A DNA stretch of 64,000 nt, taken from contig JAPETS010000049.1 of NCBI GenBank assembly GCA_026023565.1, forward strand, positions 62,001-126,000. Reading direction: 5' to 3'. The notes below the pieces were generated by a model that saw nothing but the letters and a program-made list of their open reading frames with translations, made no database searches and had not been told where the DNA came from. The position numbers and the translations under genes were made by a program. Below are positions 1 to 13,955 of the stretch, piece after piece. Numbering within the stretch: position 1 is the first letter of the stretch; each line of letters opens with the position of its first letter. This DNA comes from Cirrosporium novae-zelandiae. Its lineage: Eukaryota.

Positions 1-459
1 CCCTTTTCCCTCACTGTCCTCGTTCTCAAAGCACCTGGAAAGCAAACGCCTAGCTCTTTGTCCCCTTACTATCCATCATCTCCGTGGCGACATGACAACA
101 TTCATATCAACTGAAATCAAGACGGCGGCCCTTGGCGTTCTCAGGCCCCTGTCGATGGAACAAAGCGTATCAAACCATTAGACATTAACGAATTCCTCAT
201 CACCCAGGGATTCAAAGAGAAGGTCCTTCGAGTAGCACAAGTCCCTTTTGCTCGCCGCAGGCGCTGCCCCACCAATATATACAGAACAGGCGGGATTTTC
301 GCAGAACGCCCTCAATTGGTATCTGTGCCATGTCACTCATTAAACACCCGCAACGCATAGAAAACAAGGTGGAAAGAGATGGGCCTGTGGGCTTGAAAAT
401 ACACGCATTCCTCATCAAGCATCATATAATAAATGAGAACGCAAGAACCAAGCATTACA

Positions 460-1958
460 CTAATCACAAAGAATGCCATGGCCAATTATGGCATCTCCAT
501 CCTCAGCTTGATTACCTTCCAGAACATCAACGAGACGACGTTCAGGCTTGTGGATCCTCACAGCCCAGAGGAAATAATCTTCCAAAGGAAGAAGGTTTAG
601 TAGAATCCCATTTCCCCACCATGCGAGAGCGCAGACCATGGATCCTGCAATCGCATCCACAATGAAGTGATTTGCGGTTGCAATGATAGCTATAATGATC
701 GAAGCCGGATATACAAAACCAACAGTAGTGCAGAGCAATCGATGCCATGATGGAATACGAAGTCGCATTGAATACTTTCCGTTCACAATGGGAATCTTTA
801 CCATCCGTGAGCGCCGATGCTGAGGTGGTAATGGAATCGTCATGACCGTAAGTCCAACCAGGAGAGCATACCCAAAGTGCAAGGACGGCATAGCAGCTAC
901 AGAAAGTCAATAAACCGACGCAGCACTCTTCTAGAGCGGAGTCTTACCATATTGGTTGCAAAATCTATTCTCCGTCCATACGGACCCCTTTCCCTCGCCA
1001 CCATGTACGGTATCCACAAATCCATAACTTCTGGCTAGTTCTCCAGTTGGCCCTTTCACAGACTCATCGCTCAGCAGGCGAGGTGGCATGCATGGCCACA
1101 GTGTGAAGATGATGAAAGCGATTAGATTGCATACTGCCATGGTTCTTCGTCTTGCTTCAAAGAGAGCGGGTCCGGCAGGCGATCCATCTATTGCTCCACC
1201 ATGCTTTCCACCTTTATATTCACTTCCAAGTCTGTTTCGGGTGACTGTATAGTAGAAAAGCCAGACAAGGAAAAGAATGGTTCCTGGGATATGTATAAAC
1301 GAATAGAGAGGATTTATAATATCCATCAAAGCAGGGTGACCCAAGAAAAACTGCTGGATTGGCACTTCCCAGAATATATGCAGTTTCTTTTCTAGTTCTA
1401 TCAAGTGCAAAGCATGCACGCGAGCAACATTTACAGTTCCTTCCTGCAGCGTAAGTGCAGTGGCAGCACGACCAAGTTGATAAATCTGCAATACAATATG
1501 AGTTAGTGGTGGAAGTGGTAGAAGTAAGATATGCAACTGACCCAGTAAATTAAAGCCCAGTACCAAGCTTCGACCAAGAAAGGAAACTTGAGAAGAAGCC
1601 TGCTAAGCATCCGTTCCCGGAAAACTGCGGTATTCGGAGATGTAACATTTTTTCTCCAACAAAGTATTCGAAGCTGTCGCCTGCGATATGGTGATTCTTG
1701 CGTTGCCAGAAGGGACGGAGAGGCAGATCGACTTCGGGGGCCGCTCAGCAACAGTTCAGAATCCTTTGGACTAGCATAGCCAGAATCAGAGTCCGACAGA
1801 CTTGACCTCTCAGCCTCAACGTCTCTCGATGTTGTCGATGAATATCGCTGTTTCTGGTGGATGCCTGGAAATGTATAAGTGCGGTTGCGATTTACCCAGG
1901 TACCCCCAAAGAGTAAGGTCACAACGACCAGCGGCTCCATGAATGCGCCTACACCCAT
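460..1958 (-). CDS. PAP2/IPC-synthase (Aur1/Ipt1-like) family integral membrane protein, 3 exons (1958-1542, 1485-948, 896-460)
   Basis: GT-AG introns join three ORFs in frame. Motifs WPCMPPRL, NQYAAMPSLHFGY and TANHFIVDA are typical of the PAP2_3/IPC-synthase catalytic triad; several hydrophobic helices. Confidence 0.85.
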
Positions 1959-4418
1959 TTTTGCTGCGAAGATAAAATCCTATCTTCCGTGTTTTGTATA
2001 GGAGGTGTACTTAATCGATAACAGCGATGGACGGTCCTATCAAATAAAAAACTGTTTGGGTGTTGACAAGATGAGGACTGAAACTGGTCACTGTTTTGTT
2101 GCTGGGAAGTCAAAAGCCTCCAACACAAACACGTCACTGGACAAAGCTGAGTATTTGTACAGAGACGGTCTAATTCCAACACATGAAGAAGACCAACCCT
2201 AGGGGAGGTTATCCACAAATATCCAAGGAGATTATTTCTCGTAGGTTTCCTAAAATCGTAACTGAAGACTGTTGTTCGGTCGGGCGAAGAAGACTAAGAG
2301 AATAACAATAGTACCCAAGTTGAGTATCACTCGAAACCAACCAAGAGGTACTAAGATAAATTAAGGTAGGAGTAAGGTGAGTATTGGGAAAAGTACGACA
2401 TTAGTGAGTAGTCAAAGTATTATTCTCGGTATCCAGGTACTTTTATGCCCATACCCAAGCAGGAGCAGGAGCGCTCGATTGTTCGTCCCTCTTTTTCTCT
2501 CGGACAGTCGAAGAAGCCGCATCGCCGGAGATAAAAAAAAAGTGATTACTTTACTGGGTCCGGGTAGTTGAGAAGGTGAGGTAATCACGCGACAATAAAA
2601 TGAAACCGATAGGGCGGGGGACACAGATGTGGAAGTGATGATGGAGTCTGGGAGACTAAAGAGCCAGCCAAAGGAGCCAGAGGAGCCAACAAACAAGGAT
2701 GAATCATCTTTGATTGGGAGGGGGGGACAGTGGAGAGAAGGAAGGGGGCAAATGAAGTTCTTTGATGACAGAGAGTTCCTGTTCAGGTAAGAAAGGTTAC
2801 TTAGCAAGTGAAATCAAGCATTTTTTTCGTTCTTTTTTTTCTTTTTCATTTAGGCGCTGACGAGTATGAGGATGGGGATTGAATCAAGGCTGGATGAAAT
2901 GGAAAGGCTAACTAACTTAGCTGGTTCTGTCCGGCACCTGGAAAACCACTTGCCCGTTCTTCCGTGTCTGGGGATTTGAACCAATCATGATCAACAAGTC
3001 TCGATTAATTTGCATTATTTAACATTAGCGTAGCATAATGTTCATAATTTGCATTAGTCGATAGCCACATCCAGTTTAGCCTTCAGGTTGCACAAAGAAT
3101 GGCAGGAGCATTTCACAGGAAGCAATGAATAATGAGGTAATGTTGTCGGTGTTCTCCTCATCTCCGCCCGTTGCCAAGAACCTTCCCCGACCGCTTTTAC
3201 GAATCAACGAGTCCTGTGCCACAGGGCAGTACGTACCTACTGAGTAGGCACTTTATACATAACCCCCTGTGTACGAATAACCAGACATATCAAAAAAAGG
3301 ACTCCTCCTCAGGTCCCTCCTCGTATTCGACTTTTCAGAAATTACTATTCAAGATTCTACATACAAACCCTTTTAATCGCGTATCCACGTGTGTATCTAA
3401 TTATCGAGTAATGGATAGCCACGATAGAAGTGAGTAATCAGCATGTGGGAGACTGTCAGCTTTCAGCACAGACCTTGAATCAATTGACTAAGCAGTTTCC
3501 CCCAGTTAATCCCCCCCCCTCCCCCCAAAGTGCGTTGCCCCATTCAAAACTCAAAACATCAATGCTCTCTCCAGCCTTATCGTATCTCGCATTGCTATTA
3601 TTACACAGTATTTATTGACGACTGTGGATCCGAGTACGGTCGCTTCAGGTTTCGTACTAGACTCGTCACCTAAATACTAAAATACTAAAATACTAAAATA
3701 CATGTAGGGTACACGTACAAATACAAATACAAATAGATGAATTCTCAGACACTCTTCAACCAATCCGCCCACACCGTCATTAAATTGCATAAACTTCCAT
3801 AAAACTCGGTACGAGAAGCGTCACCTAGGCACTTACATGGTACATGGTCGACCTAGGATACTTTCTAACTTTTTGCTTCATTTTAACTTCACTTCCCTCT
3901 CCAACACCAACGGAACGGCAGAATATACATGCCGAGACCCCGAAGCTACTTCTTCCATTGACCTTCCCGCACCTTCCGGCCTGCATCTGCCAGCATGTCC
4001 TTCATGTCTAACTCCGCAGTCAGCAAGCCAACATCCAACACTAAATCCCTTGACGCTCTAGAATCTAGTTAGGCATCCACATTAGGTACTTGTACTCTGT
4101 ACCTACTACTGTGCCTCCTTCACAAGGGGATTCCAATTTCACAAAAAGCCGGCGGCATGATGAAGTGGCTCTCCGATAATCTCTACGAAAGTATCTGATA
4201 GTAATAGTGCCTGGAGTAAAATAGATTTCATAATGCTTGCCTTCTTTTGTTCTTTTCTTTCATTTGATTTTCTAGCTAAATTAGACTAGGGGATGGAGCT
4301 TCCAGGTATTTCTCAAAAAGATGCACCCGTAACTTACAGCATGGTTTCACTATTCGCCATTGCTTTATGTGTCGAGTAATCAGTCAATTGAACGTATTTT
4401 GACCTAAATCAGTCCTGC

Positions 4419-6196
4419 TCAGCTTGATCTTCGGGTGGCTCGAATCTTCTCACGTAAGTATTTTTCTCGCAACTTTGTATCGTTCACTGGAGATTTTGTC
4501 TATATCCATGAAATGTCAGCAAGTCCTTCTACTGACGAGTAGAATAAGAATCTCTTCATCTACGGTAGACTTTGACGTACCCCTCTTGATTCCTGATCTG
4601 CCACTTCATCCGACTCCTCTTGAACATCTTTGTCTTGTAGCTTTTCTCTGACAGACTCAGAATCACCATCTCGGGATGAAATCGTCCTGCGACGTTTTTC
4701 ATCTGGAGATGATACTGAAGATGTGTTTCTCCTTCTTCTTCCCACTGGTGCATATCTCTCAATGGATCGACGTCGTTTTCTATCCCTGCGGGGACTTGGG
4801 CTTCGACTTTTAGAACCTCGCCGATGACGAGCTTCGTCACGATCTCTGCTACGGCTTAGACGGCGGTCGTCACGATAGGAGCGGCCCTTGGCAATATCAG
4901 CACGTGCGTTTGACCTATTTTCAACGGTATCGTAGGATGGTGATCTTCTCGATCTTCTCGATCTGCCTGACTCCTTCCGATATCCACCTGATGAACGTGA
5001 CCCAGAAGGGGATATCGATGAAGAATACGATTTGGAACGAGCATATCTGGATCTTCGTGGAGGACTACGGGAACTAGAGACGCTAGGGCGTCTCCATCGT
5101 CTTCTAGGTGAACGTGAGCGCGAGGATTCAGATTCGGTAATGGATCTTGCTCGATCACCACGATTAGGTGTCCTTCCTCTCCCTCTACCATCCCTTCTAC
5201 TAGGAGACTTTGAATAGCTAGAGGAGCCTCGATGACGTCGTCCTTTTGGTTCTTCCACATGCTTTTGTCGTTGTATCGGCGGTGATGAGGAGGTTGATGA
5301 GGACCTAACAAGTGACCGTGAACGGGATCGAGAGTATGTTGGAGACGGAGACCGTGGTTTCCTTTCATTTCGCCGGCGATCGCGGTAGCTTCCCGGTGGA
5401 ACGTAGCTATCTGCTTCGCGCCGTGCAGGCCTTCGGTAATCGTCCCTAATTCTATCAGGAGAGTCGCGGCGGCGTCTTGGGGGGGTTCTAGATTCTCGTG
5501 GTGGATGACGATCGGAATCCCTTCCGGACCAGCCTCCTCGACCTCTACCACGACCACGTTCGCCACGTTCACGTTGGCGTATAGTATCCACCTCCCGATC
5601 CCGTGTTTTCTCTTGCTCCTTTCGACGTTTCGCTTCTTCTGCAGCTTTTTCAGCGATAATCTAATATCCTATAAGCACTGTAATTCCAACCATAGAGTAA
5701 CGAGGTTCTTCCTCACCTTTTCTTGTATCAACTCAAGTTTCTTTGCTTCCAACAGCTCTTTCGGTACACCCTGTGGGTTAGATTGGGCACTTAGACATAG
5801 GGTCCACAACTCTTTGCAGAATTTAGCAGTATCCTTATCCAAGAAGCCAGTAAGTTGGATTTGTAACACTTTGATGTCAGGCTGTGCACGTGTTTCGTCA
5901 GTCGGCTTTCTCAACTGCAATTATAAGGAGGTCAAAGCGTACATAGCGATCCCCTTCAAGAAGATTGAAGCATAATTCGATAACGACATCGTCTTCATAG
6001 CTAAGTATCTCAGAGATTTTCCCTGCAATCCATCTAACGTCGGATTTAAGTTAGTATCGAATCTTTCAAGAAAGATCAAGCGAAAAACTTGCTTCTTCAT
6101 AACCTCAATGTTGACTTTCTTCATATCAACCTTCTGGCTGAACTCGGGGGGGAACTTGGTCCGCTTTAGAAGCTTCGCGTCCACTCCAGAAGCCAT
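4419..6196 (-). CDS. PWI-domain Ser/Arg-rich splicing factor (SRm160/SRRM1-like), multi-exon
   Basis: N-terminus KFPPEFSQKVDMKKVNIEVMKK-WIAGKISEIL...PDIKVLQIQLTGFLDK...ELWTLCLSAQSNPQGVP is the PWI domain, followed by a long RS-rich tail. The last exon ends LREKYLREKIRATRRSS* (TGA at 4419-4421). Intron 1 (6092-6034) has a GC donor. Confidence 0.9.
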
Positions 6197-6960
6197 AGCG
6201 CTGGTGTATTAAAGTTTGAATATTAATGATTAGAGGAGTACAATGGGTATTAATATCAACAACGGATGCAATAAAGCAGGAAGAGAAAGATTGGTGGGAA
6301 GATGGAGGATTTGTTTGGATCGCGGTTGAAGTTGTAACTAATAAATGGATGATGGCGAATGGCAGTACCGAGAAGCTTTGACCCCTCACTAAAGGACATC
6401 ACTACTCTACTTACCTATAGGTACCTAGGTAGGTACCTCTATACACCACAGCAAAAAGGGTTATATAGCACATGGTTTAGTCTATCTATTGCTATCTTTC
6501 AGGTAAAGTACTAACAGATTTTTGGATTCCTAAAACCATTCCAGATATATCTTATCAAAAGAAAGAATAATAATGTCATCTACAACATTTCAACCAACCC
6601 ACTAAGAATGAGGATATTCATCACCTCTATTGCATTGTTTAGAAGCATGACTCTAGCCTAATTTCCTTTTATAGTAGTTATTCTTGCCTATTCAAGGTTG
6701 TTTATATTATTCTCTTGCTCCTTCCTCCTTCAATGCTTTCTTCAATCACCTTCTCACACTCTCTTCATCTTATTCCCATCGTCTATTGACTATCTCTCAA
6801 TCCCAATGATCTCAACATAAGGTAGCCTACATTGGTTCATTGGCCCCTCTTCACAGATATTATCATTCTGAAGCTTCTTTTCTCACCCATAATACATTCG
6901 TCCTTCTATGCATATCCCATAACAGGCGAATCAGATCCATCTATCCACCAACGATAGACC

Positions 6961-7912
6961 ATGAATCCTCAAGAAAATACTAGACGGTCATTTGTATCTG
7001 CTGGCCGTATTTCCAGCGATCATCTATCCGTTCCTCCCAGTGAGAGGATCCCGACAAGTTCTCAGATAACTCCTGAATCAGAGGAACAAGGAATAACGAC
7101 ACTGGATGCACCAATTGTACCCTCCCGTACTTCCACTGATACTAGCTTCCTGGTCCCCCAAAGCGTTGCCAAAGAGATCCCTCCCGATACTATGCTCGGA
7201 AACCAAGCCATTTCATCTCTCAATAATGTTAAAGACTCCTCTGAAACACCAATAGCTTCTGAACTTCTAGAAAAACGACGGATGTCTAAGGGTATGCCAT
7301 CATTGCGAGTATCCCTGTCATCCACTGACACGGCAGGCAGATCATATACCATCGTTGGTTTTACCTAAGCCAGTGACTTTCTTATTGGCCGATCGTAACG
7401 ACGAACCTCAGAAGAATGTGCATTGGTCACATCCGCCCGCTCATGAAGCTTCCGAGAACTACGAAGACGGCGAACCGTCCACGGCCATAGCTGTCGAAGT
7501 AGACTATCACCCATCACGTACAGATACAGCCTTGTCTACAGGCGTGACTTCAGTAAGAAATGATGGTGAATTAGATATAAAGCAGCTTCTCTTGAAGAAG
7601 TTTGAAATGGAAAAGCAAGAATCGTTTGCGCTCATGGAAATTCTCGAGAGGTCTGAGAAGAATGCTACATTATCGAGGGCCGCTTCGGAATCATATCTCC
7701 GTAGGAATACGTCCGAGCTAGATCCTGAACATACGCCTAAGCGTAGCCAGAGTGCTTCCCGAATTCCTCAGAGCCAGAAAGAGAGAGAGGGTCATGTCCC
7801 AACAACACCAGGACACCCTCCACGAAGGCCACTTATACGAAGGATCTTGGATCGGTTGCGCAGAATTTTTTCTTCCCGACATCGTAAGGCTAATAGTGAT
7901 GATACACATTAG
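6961..7912 (+). CDS. hypothetical low-complexity orphan protein, 2 exons (intron about 7292-7340)
   Basis: GTATGC donor at 7292, CTGAC branch point and CAG acceptor at 7340 join ORFs 6961..7368 and 7355..7912 in frame. No recognisable domain. Confidence 0.55.
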
Positions 7913-9147
7913 GCTGTGGAGCAGGGCTTGGTTGACATCACTGGCTGGTGTTGTTGATTAATACTGTATCATTATTATTCTTAACCTCAGTTGATCCCTA
8001 GTTATTAAATAATAGAACTGACATGGTTTTCACCAAGGTTCCCCCGATTTCAATTTCAAGTCCCAGAAAGTTATCGGATTCTACAGTCTATGTGGGATGA
8101 TAATATCAGCATGCTATGACTTACTATGATACAAGTTATAAACCTAAGAACGGTATCTAAGCTTCGCCCTTAGATGGCATTGACGAAGGTTTGAACATAC
8201 ATCCTCACCTCGACATATTAATTTTTAGATTATAATCTTGTTAAGTAAGTGTTCAGCTCATCATATGAAGTGTGATGGTAATTCATAAAATTGTACCTAG
8301 TCATGCTGGGACTTGCTCTACCTCTATAAGCGGCTTAACGGAATAAATTCTCGTGGGTATCATGGATATGGAAGTTTTCTTGATTGCTAGGATGGCTTGA
8401 CTTGAATGGAGGTATGCTTAATGAACGAGATAGAATGAACTTGATTGTGGATAGTTGATGTTAACCCCATGAATAGTTTGAATATAATGTCCCTTACGAC
8501 TACTTTCTTCGATGGTAGATGGTGAGTGACCTAACCGTCTCAGAGAGGGCCGGCCCCATTTATATATGCACAAACCTCCAACCCCTAGCTCAGTCTTACG
8601 GATGTCCATTCATTCCAGCCCCCCCCCCCCAGTCGCCTCTATCGCTACCAAATTCTTAGCAACTGTGCTTCAGATATTATTATTATCAACCTTTCTTCGA
8701 GTATGAGCTTGGTGTTGCACATGCCAAATTGTGGAAAGTATTCATTCGTTGTATGAATTTGCCTTAACTATATACGACTGTATATAGCATGTTCACCCTG
8801 GTTGTACTTTCTGGTCTTAACATCAATATCAATATTCCCCTTAACTCCTCTTTCGGTGCTAACCTTTTTCTTATATACTATAGAGAGAGAGAGAGATAAA
8901 TGAATCATAGTTAACTAAAAATTTTGATTCTAAACTTTTAATATTATTGTTTGTCTTAACAATAAGTAGAAAGAATAGAAGATTTATATAAATATTGACA
9001 TAGGAGAAGAGGGCACACAGAACAGTATCCAACACATCCTCCTTAATGATTGATTTCATAATACTATCACTTACCTTCTATAGCTCATATCTAGTGTATT
9101 AATTTATCCTTATCCCTATACTACTCTATAATACCTCTGTCGTTACT

Positions 9148-9633
9148 ATGTACGTCGTGCGCCTCTTCACCTTATAGCGTAAGGGTCCCAGAATGGAAAT
9201 CCAAATCATCGATATCATGAACCTCGGACAACCGCCGCCTCTTCTATAGTAAGAGAGTTGATTCCCACGGCGGAGCTCCTGCCTTCCGCTTTGTTGACGG
9301 TATCACCTTTGCCGAAGGAGGCAAAATACCATATAGGGAAATGCCTCTTGAGCAAACCACAACGCATATGTGACTGCACAGATGGGTCTGGAGATCAGCC
9401 AGTCTGTTACTTTGTGGTTCCAGAATGACTTTGAGACGATGGGTTTTTATCATAGGAATCAGACTTTAACTCCTAAGGTGAGGGCTGAGCACAAAGATCT
9501 TCTCAATCAAGGGCTGAGCTTTCTCCATGACCAGTTGAGAGATAAAAGGTTGTTTTGCGACCATAGATTTTCGGTCACCGATATTTATTCTCTGGAATTA
9601 TTAAAATCATGCTGCAAACTGCCCCTTGGTTAA
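9148..9633 (+). pseudogene. glutathione S-transferase pseudogene
   Basis: Broken reading YVVRLFTL*RKG..EIQIIDIMNL / DNRR..YSKRVDSHGGAPAFRFVDG / GLEISQSVTLWFQND..FY..LNQGLSFLHDQLRDKRLFCDHRFSVTDI resembles GST N- and C-domains, with in-frame stops and frameshifts. Boundaries approximate. Confidence 0.6.
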
Positions 9634-10570
9634 ATGATCCTGTAGATATTTATCGATATCTTGGAGTAGCCCTTATCGTTATTAACCATTAGGCTTAGTT
9701 ACTTAGGTGTTCAATGAAGAAGAACTGCTACAGATAACTTACAAGTATGGACCTGGGCCTAACAACATGTCGAAGGCAAGAATTCTCGGAAGTAGTGTAG
9801 TTATTCCATTTCTAGATACTTAGACTGAGCAATGCTTAAGTAGGGGCTATTGCCCTATAGAGTAGAGTTCTAAACCAATTATGATTAAGAACATCTCTCC
9901 AATGCGGCTGTCCCTTGCAGAACTTAATTTATGAAAAATTAACTACCTGCCACAGGAGGTAGCTAGAAGATATATAGCCCATACCATTATGTTAGCTTTA
10001 TATAAATACTGTTAGGGGCCTCGTCAAATCAAAGGAGAGAATTTTGATTTGTTGCTTCGGATCATTCATAATCAATTACAATCGAATCTATCTCTACACA
10101 AAGCCTCCTGTGCTATTATCGAATAGCTATGTCATTATTACTCTCTGTTTTGCTTTTTTTTTTTCGTGTCGTGCTTTCTTTAGAGATTGATACCTGCCTT
10201 ACTTGGATCTTAAAACTTTTTTTTGGCATATAGCTTTGAAGCCTGCCTCCGTGATGGTCCCGTTATTTAGTTTTATTCTTCACACGTTGTCAATCTACAA
10301 AACCTAAAGCTACAAGGATGATGTACTGCTTATAGCCCTTTTCCCCCGCTTTGTCCATGCATTGTTTTGGTGAGCTAGATGGATGAACATAAATCTTTTG
10401 GAGAAACTTTGGTTTGGGACGTTTCATTTGTTAGTTCACTGGTACAATACAAGTTAAGAAGATAACCTACTAACCCCGCCAAAAACCACCATGGATTAAT
10501 ACACGATTCATCTCCCTAGCTGATAGCGAATATCCCACACAGATCTGGTTTATTTCTTCAATATTGTTTA

Positions 10571-12223
10571 TTGTCCACCGCCTACAAGCCTATAACTATT
10601 ACCAACGGACTTTATATAAAATTTCCAAAATCGACTCAAACCTCTCGTTCAGGTGATGGCCAGCAAGAAAGTTCGCGGTTACGGTCTCCACCAGTAGCGT
10701 CCCCACTCAAGCAGCAACCAGTCATCGAGGATCTTTTGAAACGCTGTCTCGAGCTATACTCGCATTCGCTACATGCGACAAAAACTCAGAGTGACATTCA
10801 CGCTATTCTCTATACATCAAACGAGAACCTTAAGCTGTGGGGGAATGGCTACAAAGAACATAATACCACTCTGGACGAGATTCTTGAAAACGCTGAAGCT
10901 TTGTAGAGCGTGACTTTAGAGAATTTGCCTGGCATTGCAACTGCCCTCGCTGACGGTGAGCTAGTTTCCTCCGGAAGGTTTGTATTTAACTAACCAGCCC
11001 TAAAGGCTTAAGGTGCCTCAACCAAAACCAGGACGAGCCTTTTCTTAGCGATGTTGATAATTACATCAAGCAGGCTAAGAGAAGAGCCGCTCACGATGGT
11101 TCCAGCATGGAACTCCTTGATCCTAGAGTTGCAGCCAATGCAGCAAAGTCTAGCATGGATAACCTACGTTTCCTCACTCCAGCCATCAGTTTCGTAATCG
11201 AACACTTCAAAGCACCCTATCACACTCCTGTACAGTTCCTTGACCTAGGAGAGCATGCAGTTTTAATATTGCAATTGAAAATCGAGAAGAAGTTTCCAAA
11301 GGCGGAAAAGAGTTTGGCTCGGTGGATGGCTGAAGTCACCTGGGATAAAGCGAAAGAATTACAAGGTAGAGTTCCTCAAGATGCCCAGGATTGTTATATC
11401 TGCCCCTCCGTAATCCGCAGGCACGGCTCCTTATACCTCAGTTCCCTCGAAGAGTGGAAGGACGGTGAATCAAAAAATCACTCGAGCTATCGTTGGGCAC
11501 CAGGAGTGAAGTGTCCGTTTTGCCTCGATAATTCCTTTTCGGACAAAGGAGTTTTGACAGATCATGTTTACCATCATCTTAGAAAAATTAGCGGTCTTAT
11601 TATGCCATTGGTATGGGATACTTCCCATAAAAGGACAGACGAAAGCTTTGAAATGTCAGTGAAAGTGTGGAACCGAAAAGAATCCGAATACACTCTCCTT
11701 TCGGCGAGAATGGATAGTGGCTCAGATTATAATCTGATAAGTCTTCACATCGTGGAAGCCCTTGGTCTCAAGATAGAGTGTCTATCTAAGGAAAACCACA
11801 TAACTGTTAGGGGGGTGACGGGAGAAAGTCTATCATTGAAGGAGGTCGCCAGACCACAGTTTACCGGCATAAAATGGCGCAAGACTTATTTTCATGTCGA
11901 ATTTTACATCATAGAAAACCTCTCATACGACATACTCCTAGGACGCCCTTTTATTGATAAATACTACCCAGACTTCTCCAGGGTTTGTCTTGTCGCCCAT
12001 GAATGTGATAAACGAGCACGCCAAAGTGAGTCGCCTTAAACTTGGGTCATAATAAAAATCGTTCCGATATCAGTCCGCAGAGCGCGAAGATGAAGAAAAG
12101 GCCAAACATGACAAGCAGCGCGCGGATGGCGAAAAGGATCAGAAACAGAGGAAGGAGGACGTAGAGAAGAGGCGACATCAAAAGACCAATGACAAGGGAT
12201 CCCATGAGATTAATAAGAGTTGA
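10571..12223 (+). CDS. helical N-domain / C2H2-like Zn finger / retropepsin-like aspartyl protease / charged tail protein, paralog A. Has an in-frame TAG at 10904-10906 (possible pseudogene or shorter product from ATG 11107). 5' end unresolved
   Basis: Introns 10956-11005 and 12026-12080 (GT-AG, phase 1) give a continuous frame. Motifs CPFC..H..HH, ARMDSGSDYNLIS and YDILLGRPF; last exon KREDEEKAKHDKQRADGE...KS*. Confidence 0.7.
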
Positions 12224-12700
12224 GATGCGTGATTTATAAAATGGTGGGCAGTTTCAGCATGATGACCCAGAATGGTTGCGTTGTCATCTCATCTCAGCCT
12301 TCTTTACTTTACACATACATACTAATAAAAATTTCCAAATCCCATGAATCCTTATCTCAGGTTCGCCTTGGAATATTCCCGGAGGTGCGTCAAACAAATA
12401 AGCAAGGCATTTTTCGGGCTTGGGTATATCTGCATGGTCGCCTAAGGCCTTGTACCCTTTGTAAGGGTCAGGTATCCTGCAACCACCACGTTTCCGGAGT
12501 CTATGGCCCGATTAAGCCTTACGGTTCATTTACTATTACTTGGGAATAAAAGTAGAGCTATAGTCGAGGTTCAGCCTAAGAGAGCCGCAATCCCACCCCA
12601 TCCACGATTAATGACCTCGAAGTTACAATCTATTTTGGCCTGATCTCCCATATTCTATCGAGGAAGAGTAGGAAGATGAAACCAAGAGGAACCCAGAGCC

Positions 12701-13681
12701 ATGTCACAAACTGAAGAACCCCCCCAAGCCACTCCACAGACCAAAGGGAGCTGGCTCAGACTCGCAACACTTATGGGCTCTAAGCCTGAGATGGCCATAC
12801 TCCGTACGTTTCGTAAGCTCAATGTTACGAAGCTACTGCACATGCAATCCGAGATTGTGCGGCTCGAAGAGGAATATAAAATTTACTGGGATGAAGACGC
12901 CGAGTCGAAATGCCCGATCACAAGAAAATACACGATGAACTGGGACACTCTCGAAAAATCAGAAGGGGAAGGTGGATGCGATCAAAGAGATCGATTGTTC
13001 ACACTCCGAGAGAAACTCAAGGAATATAGTGAGTATCTCCATCTTCTCCTCATTGCGTTTCATTACCACTTACTGGAACTACTCGCAGACTCTGCGCTGC
13101 TCCAGCAAATTGAGCTTTGCAAATGTGTCGGGCCTGGCTACTACCATTTGAAACCTCTTCAAATGTGGCTGGCGAACACAGATGGCAATAATAGCGACCT
13201 GCGGGGTATGAGTTGGGATGTCTGGGAAGAATTAGAGGACAAGGGTGCAGATCAAGAGAGGAAGGCAGATTATATTATACTGTCGGATAAATATAAGAAA
13301 AGAGACCATTTCACTCGCCGGATGGGCTCAACACTTCTGGTGGCCTTTCAAAGATATATTAGACGTTTTGATAAGGTACCCCTTCCTCTAGTCATTGGTA
13401 AGCTTAGGAGTTCACCATCACTGACCTGATAGAACCCGGACGAAGAACTTGGGATCGTGGAGTACAAGAACACATATACACCAACTGCCGGCGACATCGT
13501 CTGCATGTTCCTATCTCCGCTGCTGGCAACCCTCCCAATGGTCATTTTATACTTTTTCAGTAATACCACAAAGCGCCTAGGAATACTCTCCAGAGCCCCC
13601 TATTCTATACCTTATAATTTCGTCCGTCCTATCCAGACCAGTCGTCTGATATTCCTTTTCACCCAACAATATATAAAATAA
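12701..13681 (+). CDS. DUF6594-like membrane protein, apparently C-terminally truncated near 13590
   Basis: Signature W.RLATLMG..PEMAILRTFRKLN...LLHMQSEI..LE and L...LREKLKEYNSALLQQ (introns 13029-13088 and 13376-13431), then TM segment SPLLATLPMVILYF...KRLGIL. The sequence then turns non-hydrophobic instead of giving the further TM helices expected in this family. Confidence 0.7.
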
Positions 13682-13696
13682 TATACTCTTACCCCC

Positions 13697-13955
13697 TGCG
13701 CGCCCTGTTTTTTTTCTTTCGATCTGCTTGGGCCGCACTACACGCACAGCAGCCCCACATAGACCCACCGGATGGATAGGAAAAGCACCGGCTAAATTTT
13801 AAAATTTTAAAAACACATACGAAAAAGCTAACTACCCGGAGTTGGTTGATCACCTACCAAAAATAAAAATCTACTTCCTACATCATTCCATTCTCTTCAC
13901 CAACCATTCCTTGATTTGAAAGTTGTGTGATTGAGACGTCGTGTACTGATTGAGG
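13697..13955. repeat. degenerate dispersed repeat, copy 1 (related to about 18113-18455)
   Basis: Colinear blocks shared with the 18.1 kb copy: gccctgtttttt, cgat..gcttggg, caccggat, aaaaatctacttc..acatcattcc, ttgtgtgattgaga, tactgatt. Confidence 0.6.

Noticed and set aside
4556..5975. Overlapping alternative-frame and antisense ORFs in the PWI gene
   Set aside because: Shadow ORFs of a low-complexity RS-rich coding region.
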